64,000 nucleotides of DNA from NCBI GenBank assembly GCA_034520625.1, contig JAXHNI010000009.1, positions 97,494-161,493 of the forward strand, in the 5' to 3' direction. Within the stretch, counting starts at the first letter, position 1; every line of letters begins with the position of its first letter. The notes below the pieces were generated by a model. That model saw only the letters and a list, made by a program, of their open reading frames with translations, did no database searches and was not told where the DNA came from. Position numbers and translations under genes: made by a program. This DNA is from Gammaproteobacteria bacterium. Lineage in GTDB: Bacteria; Pseudomonadota; Gammaproteobacteria; Arenicellales; JAANXG01. Below are positions 1 to 11,126 of this stretch, in pieces.

Positions 1-89
1 TGGTTCAAGAGCGGGGACGGCGCTGAGAGGCAGACGCGCGTGCGGGGCCGGCACCCCGGTACGGGACCTTTTCGGTCGCCGGGCCCGGC

Positions 90-734
90 CTACATCGGCG
101 GCCTGACTCCCTCGAACAGGAACAGGTGCTCCTGGACACCGTTCTGCATCAGATACAGCTTGTCGATGCGGAAACCCGGCATGCGCTGCTCGAGCTGCTT
201 GGGGGCGTAGTGGGGACCCTCCTTGTCGAGCGGCCCGTAGCGGAACTGCAACCGGTTCTCCTCGACGATGTTGATCGCCGCCGGGTAGGTGGGGATATAG
301 CGCTGCTGCGACACCATGGCATACAACAGGCCGCCCGGGCGCATTACTTTGCTGATCCGGTGCATCAGGTAGTCGACGGCCTCCAGCGAGAGGTAGTCCA
401 GGATATTCCAGAACAGCAGCACATCGATGGCCTCCGGGCAGTATGCAAGCACCTCATCGATGTCCGCCGGGGTCAGGTCGCTTTTCAATACCACTTCCGA
501 ACGCAGGTTCTTGCAGCTGGTATCAATAAAGACCCTCGCCCCGGCCTGCGAAAACAGCATGCAGTTATCCGTGGTGGATGTTCCGAGGTCGACGAGGTTG
601 CATCCCGGCTCGTCGTGAACCATGCTGCAGATCATCGGGAGTATGCCCGAGGTCAGTTCCTCGTCGTAGTCGCTGATCTTCTGGGGAAGAGTCATGGAGC
701 TATGCGGTTGATACGGCCGGACAGTCTGAAACAT
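90..734 (-). CDS. class I SAM-dependent methyltransferase-like protein, substrate unknown
   Basis: 214-aa ORF with Rossmann-MT-like motifs (LVDLGTSTTDN, DVLLFWNILDYL, MRPGGLLY). It lies 19 nt downstream of, and co-directional with, the bactofilin gene. Confidence 0.55.
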   Translation of the reverse strand: MFQTVRPYQPHSSMTLPQKISDYDEELTSGILPMICSMVHDEPGCNLVDLGTSTTDNCMLFSQAGARVFIDTSCKNLRSEVVLKSDLTPADIDEVLAYCPEAIDVLLFWNILDYLSLEAVDYLMHRISKVMRPGGLLYAMVSQQRYIPTYPAAINIVEENRLQFRYGPLDKEGPHYAPKQLEQRMPGFRIDKLYLMQNGVQEHLFLFEGVRPPM

Positions 735-752
735 CGTTCAAATTTCGCCGTT

Positions 753-1256
753 TTATGGAATGAGTTGTTCGTTGGCCGCTTCTATACGCGCGGTCCCTGC
801 ACCGGCGACCAGCCGCGACCCGGCCGGCGCCCCCTGTTCAACATCGGGCTCGCGCATCTCCACGGAACCCTTGAATTTGCAGCCTTCATCAATCTCGATC
901 TGCGGCGAGACGACATCGCCTGTTACCGTACCGGAGCTCCTGATCGCGACGCGCTCCGAAGCGGTCAGATTCCCGGTAACCCTGCCCTCGATCTCGACCA
1001 CCCGGGCGGTCATGTTGGCACTCACGTCGGCGTCGGGCCCGACATGAATCCTGCAGTCCGGGAGAAATACCGATCCGCAGACATCGCCGGCAATGAAAAG
1101 GTCCTCCCGGCCCTTGATCTCGCCGACTATACGAAGCCCCCCGGCGACTCCGCCGCTTGTTTCGTCCGGAACCGACCCCGGGAAGCCGACCACGGATCCG
1201 TACATCACCGGCGCGGCGGTTCCCGGTACGAGTGCTGAAGGTTTATTCGTCCACAT
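753..1256 (-). CDS. bactofilin family polymer-forming cytoskeletal protein
   Basis: 167-aa ORF. The repetitive beta-helix pattern (GxIxGxV / GDV / TGDVV repeats, e.g. IKGREDLFIAGDVCGSV...VEIEGRVTGNL...SGTVTGDVV) is typical of the bactofilin (DUF583) fold. Confidence 0.8.
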   Translation of the reverse strand: MWTNKPSALVPGTAAPVMYGSVVGFPGSVPDETSGGVAGGLRIVGEIKGREDLFIAGDVCGSVFLPDCRIHVGPDADVSANMTARVVEIEGRVTGNLTASERVAIRSSGTVTGDVVSPQIEIDEGCKFKGSVEMREPDVEQGAPAGSRLVAGAGTARIEAANEQLIP

Positions 1257-1434
1257 GCATAATCCCCTCTGAAGGGGCTTGGCGCGTAGTAAACAGGTCC
1301 GAAAAAGTTAAATCAACCACAACTGTATAATAGACGACGAACGTTAAGATGGACAGGACAAGCTCGCAAATATGTGTTTTGTCAAGATTTTTCGCTCAAC
1401 CGCAGCCGGACGTCGTTGACGCGGGCCGCCGTCG

Positions 1435-2085
1435 TTGTTTCAGGGCGGCGCCGTGCTGACCTACGACGCCGCAGAAGCGGTCCGCCACCTGCGTTCCCGG
1501 GACCGGGAGCTGGCCCGGTTGATCAAGCGGGTCGGTGCGTTCGAGCTGCGGGGGCATTCGTACCCAACCCCGTTTCATGCGCTGTTCTCGGCCATCATCT
1601 CCCAGCAGCTCTCCGGCAAAGCGGCACACAGCATTTATCAACGAACGCGAACGCTGTTCCCGCGCGGTCGGATCACGGTCCCCGCGGTGCTCGGCGCGCG
1701 CCCCGATGCACTTCGCGAGGCGGGACTGTCCCGCGCCAAGATCGCCGCCGTGCACGATCTTGCCGCCAAGTACGCGGACGGCATGCTGCCGGACGCCCGC
1801 CGTATGCGGGCGCTGTCGGACGACGAAATCGTCGACGCGCTCACCGGGGTCCGGGGCGTCGGGCGCTGGACCGTGGAGATGTTGTTGATCTTTCATCTCG
1901 GCCGTCCGGACGTGCTGCCGGTCGGCGACCTGGGCGTGCGCAAGGGTTTCCGGAACACTTACCGGCGACGCGAGCTGCCGACGGAGAAGCAGCTCACGGC
2001 CCACGGCGAACGCTGGCGTCCTTATCGCTCCGTCGCCGCCTGGTACATGTGGCGCGCCGCCGATCTGGAAGCCCCCCGATCCTGA
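1435..2085 (+). CDS. DNA-3-methyladenine glycosylase II family (HhH-GPD) base-excision repair enzyme
   Basis: 216-aa ORF with the HhH-GPD signature LTGVRGVGRWTVEMLLIF...PVGDLGVRKG. The track start at 1435 is TTG, and an in-frame GTG about 18 nt downstream is an alternative. An extended -10 (TGTATAAT, 1324-1331) lies upstream. Confidence 0.8.
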   Translation: MFQGGAVLTYDAAEAVRHLRSRDRELARLIKRVGAFELRGHSYPTPFHALFSAIISQQLSGKAAHSIYQRTRTLFPRGRITVPAVLGARPDALREAGLSRAKIAAVHDLAAKYADGMLPDARRMRALSDDEIVDALTGVRGVGRWTVEMLLIFHLGRPDVLPVGDLGVRKGFRNTYRRRELPTEKQLTAHGERWRPYRSVAAWYMWRAADLEAPRS

Positions 2086-2163
2086 ATGCCGTGTGGGTCG
2101 GGCTTGATGCCCGACATGTCAGCTTTAATGGCCGACCCACACAAGCACGACCCACAACGGCTC

Positions 2164-2682
2164 TTAAAAGCGAAAGTGCCGGCCGTGGCCGCCGCCGTGG
2201 GGGAGCAGCTTGTCGGCGATATCCTGCTGCTCCGGCGTCAGGTCCCCGTACAGGGCCTTGGTGGCGGCTGCGAGGTTCCGGAATATCTCGAAGCGCTGCT
2301 CCATCGCCGCGAGCCCACGGTCGATGCGTTCATCCAGCGCCGGGCGCTCCCGGTTCCTCATGGACCCGCGCCTTTCACGGTGAGCCTCCCGCATGCCGGC
2401 GCGGGCGGTCTCGGTCTCCCGGACCACTGCAGCGAACGCTTCCCAGGCCTCTTCCTGGTCGTCCGCGATCTTCAGCTCGGTTTTCAGGAACGCGAGCTTG
2501 CCTTCGACATGCCGGCCCGGCATGAGCCAGGATTTGCCGGCCATGTGGCCGCCGTGCTTCGCCCCGCAATGGCCGTGGTTTGTGCCGCCGGACTTGGCGG
2601 CGGCAACGCCGAGACCGCCGACTCCCAGCAGCGCCACCGTCACGATCGCGGATTTGATCCAGTTCTTCCTGTTGCCAGTCAT
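2164..2682 (-). CDS. Spy/CpxP/ZraP-family periplasmic stress protein with His-rich termini
   Basis: 172-aa ORF with an N-terminal signal/TM segment, an LTPEQQ (LTXXQ) motif, and His/Gly-rich ends (GGTNHGHCGAKHGGH, HGGGHGRHFRF). It is divergent from an OmpR/HK pair, like cpxP-cpxRA. Confidence 0.7.
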   Translation of the reverse strand: MTGNRKNWIKSAIVTVALLGVGGLGVAAAKSGGTNHGHCGAKHGGHMAGKSWLMPGRHVEGKLAFLKTELKIADDQEEAWEAFAAVVRETETARAGMREAHRERRGSMRNRERPALDERIDRGLAAMEQRFEIFRNLAAATKALYGDLTPEQQDIADKLLPHGGGHGRHFRF

Positions 2683-2792
2683 CGATGCATACCTCTGTGA
2701 GTGAATGTCGACGAGTATTAGAGCGCCCGGCCGTCACCGGACTGTGTCGAATGCGGATCACTTTGAAACGAAGCGTGTCACAATCCCGCCCT

Positions 2793-2807
2793 GTTACATT
2801 GCGTTAC
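2793..2807 (-). promoter_or_regulatory. candidate OmpR/CpxR-type response-regulator box (direct repeat GTAAC-N5-GTAAC on the minus strand)
   Basis: GTTACATTGCGTTAC sits in the 171-bp divergent spacer between the cpxP-like gene and the response-regulator gene. It has 10-bp periodicity and resembles the E. coli CpxR box GTAAA-N5-GTAAA. Confidence 0.35.
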
Positions 2808-2853
2808 CTTTTCCCCGGGCCGCCGGCGCCGGGGCGATGATTCAATACGCGCC

Positions 2854-3576
2854 ATGAACGAACAGGACCATATCGTCATCGTCGACGACGACGCCGAGAT
2901 CCGCTCCCTGCTGGAGGACTACCTGCGGCGAAACGGCTATGAGGCATCCTCGGCAAGCGGCGGTCGCGAGCTGACGCGGGTTCTCGAACGGCGCCGCGCC
3001 GACCTCATCGTGCTGGATGTGATGATGCCGGGGGAGGACGGATTCGACGTCTGCCGCCGGCTGCGGGCGGAGTCCAGCATCCCCATCATCATGCTGACGG
3101 CGCGCGGCGAGGATACCGACAAAATCGTCGGCCTGGAGCTGGGCGCGGACGACTACCTCGCCAAGCCGTTCAATCCCCGCGAGCTGCTGGCGCGCATCAA
3201 GGGCGTGCTGCGCCGTGCGCGGAGTCTGCCCGGGGAGACGGCCGGCGCGCCGGAGCAGGGCTGTCTCGAGTTCTCCGGCTGGGCGCTGAACACCCTCAGC
3301 CGCAACCTGGTTTCGCCGGACCGGGTGACGGTGCCGCTGAGCGGGGCCGAGTATCAATTGCTGGAGGCGTTCCTGAGGCATCCCAACCGCGTTCTGTCCC
3401 GCGACCATCTGCTCAACCTGAGCCGGGGGCGGGAAGCCGTGGCATTCGACCGCAGTATCGATATGCAGGTAAGCCGATTGCGCAGGCGGCTCAGAGACCA
3501 CGACTCCTCGCTGATCCAGACCGTGCGCGGCCAGGGCTACCTGCTGGCATCCGAGGTCCGGCGGACCGGGTCATGA
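2854..3576 (+). CDS. OmpR-family two-component response regulator
   Basis: 240-aa ORF. The receiver domain (IVIVDDD...DLIVLDVMMPGEDG...KPF) is followed by a winged-helix output domain (LSGAEYQLLEAFLRHPNRVLSRDHL...VRGQGY). Confidence 0.92.
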   Translation: MNEQDHIVIVDDDAEIRSLLEDYLRRNGYEASSASGGRELTRVLERRRADLIVLDVMMPGEDGFDVCRRLRAESSIPIIMLTARGEDTDKIVGLELGADDYLAKPFNPRELLARIKGVLRRARSLPGETAGAPEQGCLEFSGWALNTLSRNLVSPDRVTVPLSGAEYQLLEAFLRHPNRVLSRDHLLNLSRGREAVAFDRSIDMQVSRLRRRLRDHDSSLIQTVRGQGYLLASEVRRTGS

Positions 3577-4991
3577 CGCTCTGGCCCAGGTCGCTGTCGG
3601 GCAGGTTGATCATCATCCTGCTGGCGGGCCTGATCCTGGCGCAGGCGGTAAGCATGGTGCTGTACTTCCAGGACCGCGGCCACGCGATATTCCGATTGGG
3701 CAGCATGCAGCTGTCGGACCGGGTGGCCAGCGTGGTACGGCGAATGGAGGCCATGGAACCCGGGCAGTGGCGGCGCGTGGCTGCGGAGAGCTCCAGCCGG
3801 CATTTCCATGTGACGCTGCACGACACCTTCGAACCCCTCGATCTGGACCGCCGGCGCTACCGCCGTTTCGCCGGATTCGTCAGCCGCCGGCTCCAGCGCG
3901 AGCTGGGCGCGGAGCGTGCGGTGGACGCCGTGGTCTCGAACACGCCGCCGGCCTCCTCGACGCAATTACCGGAACCGGGGGACTCCTCTTTTGCACGCCA
4001 CCAGCCGCTGTACTTCGTGGCGCGGGTGGAATTGCCCGGCGGCGCGGCGGACTTCCTGTTCCACCTTCCCCGGGATACGTCCTCCGGACCCGGGCGGCTG
4101 CTGTGGGCACTGGGTATTCTGCTCATATCGGTGGTACTGCTGGTGCTGTTCGCGGTGAGGCAGACCACGCGCCCCCTGTCCATGCTGTCGGACGCCGCGA
4201 CGCGCCTGGGCGAGGACATCAACGAGCCCCCGCTCCCGGAAACCGGCCCTAGGGAGGTCGGCAATGCCGCCCGGGCGTTCAACCGTATGCAGCGCAAGAT
4301 CCAGGACTATCTCCGCCAGCGCAGCGGCCTGCTGGCGGCGGTTTCCCACGACCTCAAGACGCCGATCACGCGGCTGCGGATCCGCGCCGAGATGCTGGAG
4401 GACGAACTGCTCAAGGAAAAGATCGAAACGGATCTCAAGGACATGGAATCGATGGTCAACGAGGCCCTGGACTTCGTTCGCGGGGCGGACCAGTACGAAC
4501 CCAGCTCCCCCATCGACCTCGCGGCGCTTATCGAGAGCCTGCAGGACGACTTCGACGACTCCGGCCGCCGCATCCATTGCGACTTGGCCGACCTGCCGCC
4601 CTGCACCGGGCGGCCGCTGGCCCTGAAACGCTGCCTGTCCAACCTCATCGAGAACGCCTTGAAGTACGGGGACCGGCTCTGGATCACGATGACCCGTGAG
4701 TCGGACCGCCGGGTGATCCGGTTCCGGGATGACGGACCGGGGCTGCCGGAAGAGCTTCTGGAGCGGGTATTCGAACCGTTTTTCAGGGCGGAACCGTCGC
4801 GCAGCCGGCAGACGGGTGGAAGCGGCCTGGGCCTGGCCATCGCCCGCGGCATCGCGCGGGCTCACGGCGGCGACGTAACACTGGCCAACGCAGCCGAAGG
4901 CGGGCTGGTGGTGACTCTGACACTGCCGGATCCCCATGCCGGCGACCGGGGCCGTCACCAGGCCGCGGCCCGGGACGGGGGCAACGGTTGA
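3573..4991 (+). CDS. sensor histidine kinase (TM-periplasmic-TM, HAMP, HisKA, HATPase_c)
   Basis: 472-aa ORF with a 4-nt overlap with the regulator gene. It has an H-box (SHDLKTPIT), an N-box (NLIENALKY) and G-boxes (DDGPGLP, GGSGLGLAIA). Confidence 0.92.
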   Translation: MTLWPRSLSGRLIIILLAGLILAQAVSMVLYFQDRGHAIFRLGSMQLSDRVASVVRRMEAMEPGQWRRVAAESSSRHFHVTLHDTFEPLDLDRRRYRRFAGFVSRRLQRELGAERAVDAVVSNTPPASSTQLPEPGDSSFARHQPLYFVARVELPGGAADFLFHLPRDTSSGPGRLLWALGILLISVVLLVLFAVRQTTRPLSMLSDAATRLGEDINEPPLPETGPREVGNAARAFNRMQRKIQDYLRQRSGLLAAVSHDLKTPITRLRIRAEMLEDELLKEKIETDLKDMESMVNEALDFVRGADQYEPSSPIDLAALIESLQDDFDDSGRRIHCDLADLPPCTGRPLALKRCLSNLIENALKYGDRLWITMTRESDRRVIRFRDDGPGLPEELLERVFEPFFRAEPSRSRQTGGSGLGLAIARGIARAHGGDVTLANAAEGGLVVTLTLPDPHAGDRGRHQAAARDGGNG

Positions 4992-7944
4992 TTGGGATCA
5001 ACCGCCCGCGGCGCCGTGCACAGACCGCCCGGGCATATTCTGCTATTCTCATCCTCGACACCCTTTACTGATTGCGATTTCCAACGCGAAAGTCGATGTG
5101 GATGGAACACCTGACGAAGGTCGTGCCTTCGCTATATTCGATCACCTGAGCGAACCCGTAGTCGTTACGGATGCCGGTTTCCAAGGCCCCGGTCCAAGGA
5201 TCATCTACCTCAATGATGCCTTTGCGGCCGCCTTCGACCATCGCCCCACAGAGCTCTTCCATCAGCCGCTTACCACCGTACATCCGGACGCCGCCGCCGA
5301 CGACGAGCTCGCCGCCATCGAGACCTGCTGCCGGGAACGGCGGACCTACAGGAATACGGGCACCCTGTACGCGAAGGACGGCAACGTCGCCTCGGTGTCC
5401 TGGCATATCGCGCCGGTGTTCCGGGACGACCGCCTGGCCCATCTCGTTTGTCTGGTTTCCGAGGTGTCCGAGTCCCCGGAATTCGTCCGCGCCCTGAGGA
5501 CCAGCGAGAAGCGATACCGTAATCTATTCGAGCATGGCCGGGTCGGCAAGGCGGTCATCGCACCGGACGGCCGCTTCCTCAAGGTCAACCAGAGCTACTG
5601 CGACCTCGTGGGCTACGGCAAGGAGGAGCTGCTGGGGGTCCATTCCTCCATCATTATCCAGGATGGGGACCGGGACGGTGTTTTCGCCCGGCTGCGCGCC
5701 ATCTGCGAGGGACGGGCGCAGGGGTATCAGCATGAGCGGGAGTATCGCCACCGGGACGGCCACATCGTCACGGTGCTGGTGGACGTAATGCCCGAGAAGG
5801 ACGAGCAGGGCGCTGCCCAGGCGGTGGTCGTTCAGGCGCAGGACATCTCGGAGCTCAAAACCACCGAAGCGGCGCTGCGCGAAAGCGAGAACCAGCTCAA
5901 GGCAATCTTCGACCATTCACCGGCGGAAATTTATCTAAAGGACGCCGAAGGCCGCTACGTCAGGGTCAGCCGGCAGTTCGAAGTGATGTTCGGTGTTCGC
6001 AACGAGGACGTGCGCGGCAAGCTGCCCCATGACGTGCATTACAAGGAGCTGGCGGACCGGACCCATGCACACGACCAGGAGGTGCTGACCACCGGCCGGG
6101 ACGTCGCGCGCGAGGAATACGTCTATCTCAAGAATCCGCCCGATGATTTTCCCCACATCCTGAACACGCTGAAGTTTCCGATCCGCGATCAGGACGAGGT
6201 GGTCGGCCTGGGGGCCATCGTCACGGATATCACCGAAACCAAGCACGCCGAGAACGCCCTGCGTGAAAGCGAGGGTCGGCTGCGTGACTTCGCGGAGATC
6301 GCCGCCGACTGGTTCTGGGAGACGGACGAGAATCTGGTGATCACCTACGTTTCCGACGTGCACCGCCAGATCACTGGCATTCCGGATGAGCAGATCGTCG
6401 GCCGCACCCGGGAGCAGCTGTTCCGGGACGGTATCTACAATGCCATGAACCCGGCCGTTCATCTGCGCACGATGCGCAACTACTGGGACAGCATGGTGGA
6501 GTACTCGGTCACCCGGGAGGACGGCCGCGAGGTGATCATTCACGACCGCGCTTCACCATTCTTCGACCAGCACGGAAATTTTCACGGCTACCGGGGCGTG
6601 GGGCGTGATATCACCGAGCAGCGTCGGCTCACCGAGCGCATCGCGTACCAGGCAACGCGTGATTCCCTCACCGGCACGGTGAACCGACGCGAATTCGAAC
6701 GCTGCCTGGACGAGGCCGTGGAGGATGCCCGCTCCCACCGGGCCGAGCATGTTCTGTGCTTCGTGGATCTGGACAAGTTCAAGCTTCTCAACGACACACT
6801 CGGGCATGCCGCCGGGGACCATCTCCTTAAACTGATCGTCGAAAAAGTACAGAACGAAATTTCCCGGGACGACCTGCTCGGCCGCATCGGCGGCGACGAG
6901 TTCGGAATCCTGCTCCGGAATACACGCATCGAGCGCGCCAGGGAGATCGCGATGAGGATTTCGGCAGGCATCCGCGCACACGATTTCAAGTGGGAGGAGC
7001 GGCGTTTCAGCGTCGGAATGAGCGTCGGGCTGGCGCCGGTCAACAGGCAGACCAAATCCAGTTCCGAGCTGCTGGCGCGCGCCGACTCGGCGTGTTACCG
7101 GGCCAAGGGCAGCGGCGGGGTCTGGGTCAGCGACGAGACGGAAGCGGCAAGGCTGCGGACATACACGGATATTCTCCGTTCCCTGGCCAGCGGGCCGGTG
7201 GACCTTTCGGGCAATTTTCAGCTCGTCGGCCAGCCCATCCGCTCACTCTCGGAGCCCGGCCGCGACCCGCACTGGCATGAGATCCTGCTGCGGGTCGTGG
7301 GGGACGACGGGCACTACTATCGCCCCTTCGAGTTCATACGACTGGCGGAACAGCACGGCAAGATGTCCACCATCGATCAATGGGTGATGGAAACGGCGAT
7401 CGCCTCCCACGCTTCCCTGGTGCGGCGCGTTCCGGACGCGGTGATGTCCATCAATCTTTCCGGGACCTCCGTCAAGAACGACAACCGCCCGGACGTCGTG
7501 GACAGGCTGGTCCGGGAATATGACCTGAGTCCGGAAAACCTGTGCTTCGAGATCGGCGAGCGTGCCGCCATGGCGGACGTCGGCGCCACGGCGGAGCTGG
7601 TGACATCCCTGGCGAAGCAGGGCTACCGCGTTGCCCTGGACGAATTCGGAAGCGGCCCGGCATCGTTCTCCTGCCTCAAGCGCCTGCCCGTTCACTACAT
7701 CAAGATATATGGCGAGCTGATCCGTGAGCTCGGCAACAACCAACCGGATATCGCCATTGTCGAGTCCATAAACAAGCTCGCCCGGAAGCTGGGTATAACG
7801 GCGATTGCCGTGCAGGTGGAGTCGACCGACGCGGCCACCACCCTGAAGCGCATCGGCGTCGACCTGGCCCAGGGGGACGCCCTGGCCAGCACCCTGCCCC
7901 TTGAGGAACTGGTGGGCGAAGCGCCCCGACGGTCCCGGGCCTGA
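4936..7944 (+). CDS. multi-PAS GGDEF/EAL c-di-GMP turnover protein
   Basis: The ORF contains several PAS/PAC repeats, an intact GGDEF motif (RIGGDEFGILL), and an EAL domain (HEILLR, DEFGSG). The true start is uncertain. ATG 4936 overlaps the kinase gene by 56 nt, and GTG 5098 is an in-frame alternative. Confidence 0.85.
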   Translation: MPATGAVTRPRPGTGATVDWDQPPAAPCTDRPGIFCYSHPRHPLLIAISNAKVDVDGTPDEGRAFAIFDHLSEPVVVTDAGFQGPGPRIIYLNDAFAAAFDHRPTELFHQPLTTVHPDAAADDELAAIETCCRERRTYRNTGTLYAKDGNVASVSWHIAPVFRDDRLAHLVCLVSEVSESPEFVRALRTSEKRYRNLFEHGRVGKAVIAPDGRFLKVNQSYCDLVGYGKEELLGVHSSIIIQDGDRDGVFARLRAICEGRAQGYQHEREYRHRDGHIVTVLVDVMPEKDEQGAAQAVVVQAQDISELKTTEAALRESENQLKAIFDHSPAEIYLKDAEGRYVRVSRQFEVMFGVRNEDVRGKLPHDVHYKELADRTHAHDQEVLTTGRDVAREEYVYLKNPPDDFPHILNTLKFPIRDQDEVVGLGAIVTDITETKHAENALRESEGRLRDFAEIAADWFWETDENLVITYVSDVHRQITGIPDEQIVGRTREQLFRDGIYNAMNPAVHLRTMRNYWDSMVEYSVTREDGREVIIHDRASPFFDQHGNFHGYRGVGRDITEQRRLTERIAYQATRDSLTGTVNRREFERCLDEAVEDARSHRAEHVLCFVDLDKFKLLNDTLGHAAGDHLLKLIVEKVQNEISRDDLLGRIGGDEFGILLRNTRIERAREIAMRISAGIRAHDFKWEERRFSVGMSVGLAPVNRQTKSSSELLARADSACYRAKGSGGVWVSDETEAARLRTYTDILRSLASGPVDLSGNFQLVGQPIRSLSEPGRDPHWHEILLRVVGDDGHYYRPFEFIRLAEQHGKMSTIDQWVMETAIASHASLVRRVPDAVMSINLSGTSVKNDNRPDVVDRLVREYDLSPENLCFEIGERAAMADVGATAELVTSLAKQGYRVALDEFGSGPASFSCLKRLPVHYIKIYGELIRELGNNQPDIAIVESINKLARKLGITAIAVQVESTDAATTLKRIGVDLAQGDALASTLPLEELVGEAPRRSRA

Positions 7945-8019
7945 TCCGGAAGCGGCGGCGGTGCCCTGCGGGCACCGTTGTGAACCGCGAGCGGCGCGGC
8001 CGAAATGCGAGAAGGCGGC

Positions 8020-8805
8020 TCACGCCCCCCGCTTGCGCAGCCTGTAGTGCAGCCAACCGATCTGGCCACGGCGGGCCCGGTCCACCCACAGGTCGTACAG
8101 TTCCAGGGTATCGTCGTACACGTTTCCGGGCACCTTCTCCTTGAGCTCCGACTCGCGCGCCAGAAGTATCTCCCGCGCTTCGTCGTAGGAACGCGCGACG
8201 TTGTCCGACCAGTCGTCCAGACGCAGCACCTCGAAGCCCGCCTCGGGAATGGCGCCCGCATACTGCTCCCGGGTCCAGACCACCTCCGTGGGGATACGGG
8301 AGTACAGTCGACGGCGCACGTCGGGCTCGATGTCATCGGTGACGACCAGGTCCGACAGCACCGCGATCCCACCGGGCTTCAGCACCCGGAAGGCTTCCCC
8401 AAGAACGCGAGCCTTGGCGGGTGAATGCACCAGGGCTTCCTGGCACCACCACAGATCCAGGCTGTCGTCCTCGCCGTCCAGCTCGTGGAAATCACCCCAG
8501 CCGAACGTCACCAGGTGGTCCAGGCCCGCGGCCTCGGTCAACTGCCGGCCCAGCTCGAGCTGCCTCTCGTCGATATTGGTGGCGTGAACGCAGCAGCCGT
8601 ACTGGGTGGCGAGATGGCGCGCGGCCTGGCCCGCCCCGCAGGCGACCTCGAGCACCCTGCTCCCGGCGTCGATGGGCAGCTCCCACGCCATCCGGGCGGT
8701 GGCGCGCATCATGGCCTGCTGCCTGGTATCGCGCTCCCCTTCGTAAAGTCCCATGTGCAGGTGCTCGCCCCAGGCGATTTCCTGCCACTTCTTGTCCGCG
8801 CCCAT
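8020..8805 (-). CDS. class I SAM-dependent methyltransferase resembling the sarcosine/dimethylglycine N-methyltransferase family
   Basis: 261-aa ORF with motif I (VLEVACGAG) and post-I/II/III motifs. The blocks AWGEHLHMGLY and ...GWLHYRLRK recall, from memory, the E. halochloris SDMT. Substrate specificity is unverified. Confidence 0.7.
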   Translation of the reverse strand: MGADKKWQEIAWGEHLHMGLYEGERDTRQQAMMRATARMAWELPIDAGSRVLEVACGAGQAARHLATQYGCCVHATNIDERQLELGRQLTEAAGLDHLVTFGWGDFHELDGEDDSLDLWWCQEALVHSPAKARVLGEAFRVLKPGGIAVLSDLVVTDDIEPDVRRRLYSRIPTEVVWTREQYAGAIPEAGFEVLRLDDWSDNVARSYDEAREILLARESELKEKVPGNVYDDTLELYDLWVDRARRGQIGWLHYRLRKRGA

Positions 8806-8921
8806 CCGGTCCTCCGCGTTGCTCGTGCGCGGAAAACATTATCGCACGCCGGCCCGGCGTGAACGGCACCCGCTGGACCTTCAAGGTGGCTCAGTTTGAA
8901 AACACGCGCATGTGTGGGTCA

Positions 8922-9007
8922 GAGCCGGGGGGACATCGCCCAGGGCTGTCGAAAACAGGGAGGTTTGAGCCAGAGCGTACAGGGATGTATTCCATCCTTC
9001 GGTCCGC
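8922..9007 (+). repeat. hairpin-ended intergenic element, copy A (truncated left half)
   Basis: The sequence gagccggggggacatcgcccagggctgtcgaaaacagggaggtttgagccagagcgtacagggatgtattccatccttcggtccgc aligns with the first ~90 nt of copy E. Homology stops 6 nt before the thiC stop codon. Confidence 0.85.
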
Positions 9008-9013
9008 TCCCGC

Positions 9014-11126
<2,113 letters not shown>

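Noticed and set aside
126-1238. 370-aa ORF on the plus strand spanning two genes
   Set aside because: It is antisense to the methyltransferase and bactofilin genes. It crosses their intergenic gap and has low-complexity composition.
1374-2525. 383-aa plus-strand ORF
   Set aside because: It is out of frame over the glycosylase gene and antisense to the cpxP-like gene. It is extremely Arg/Pro-rich.
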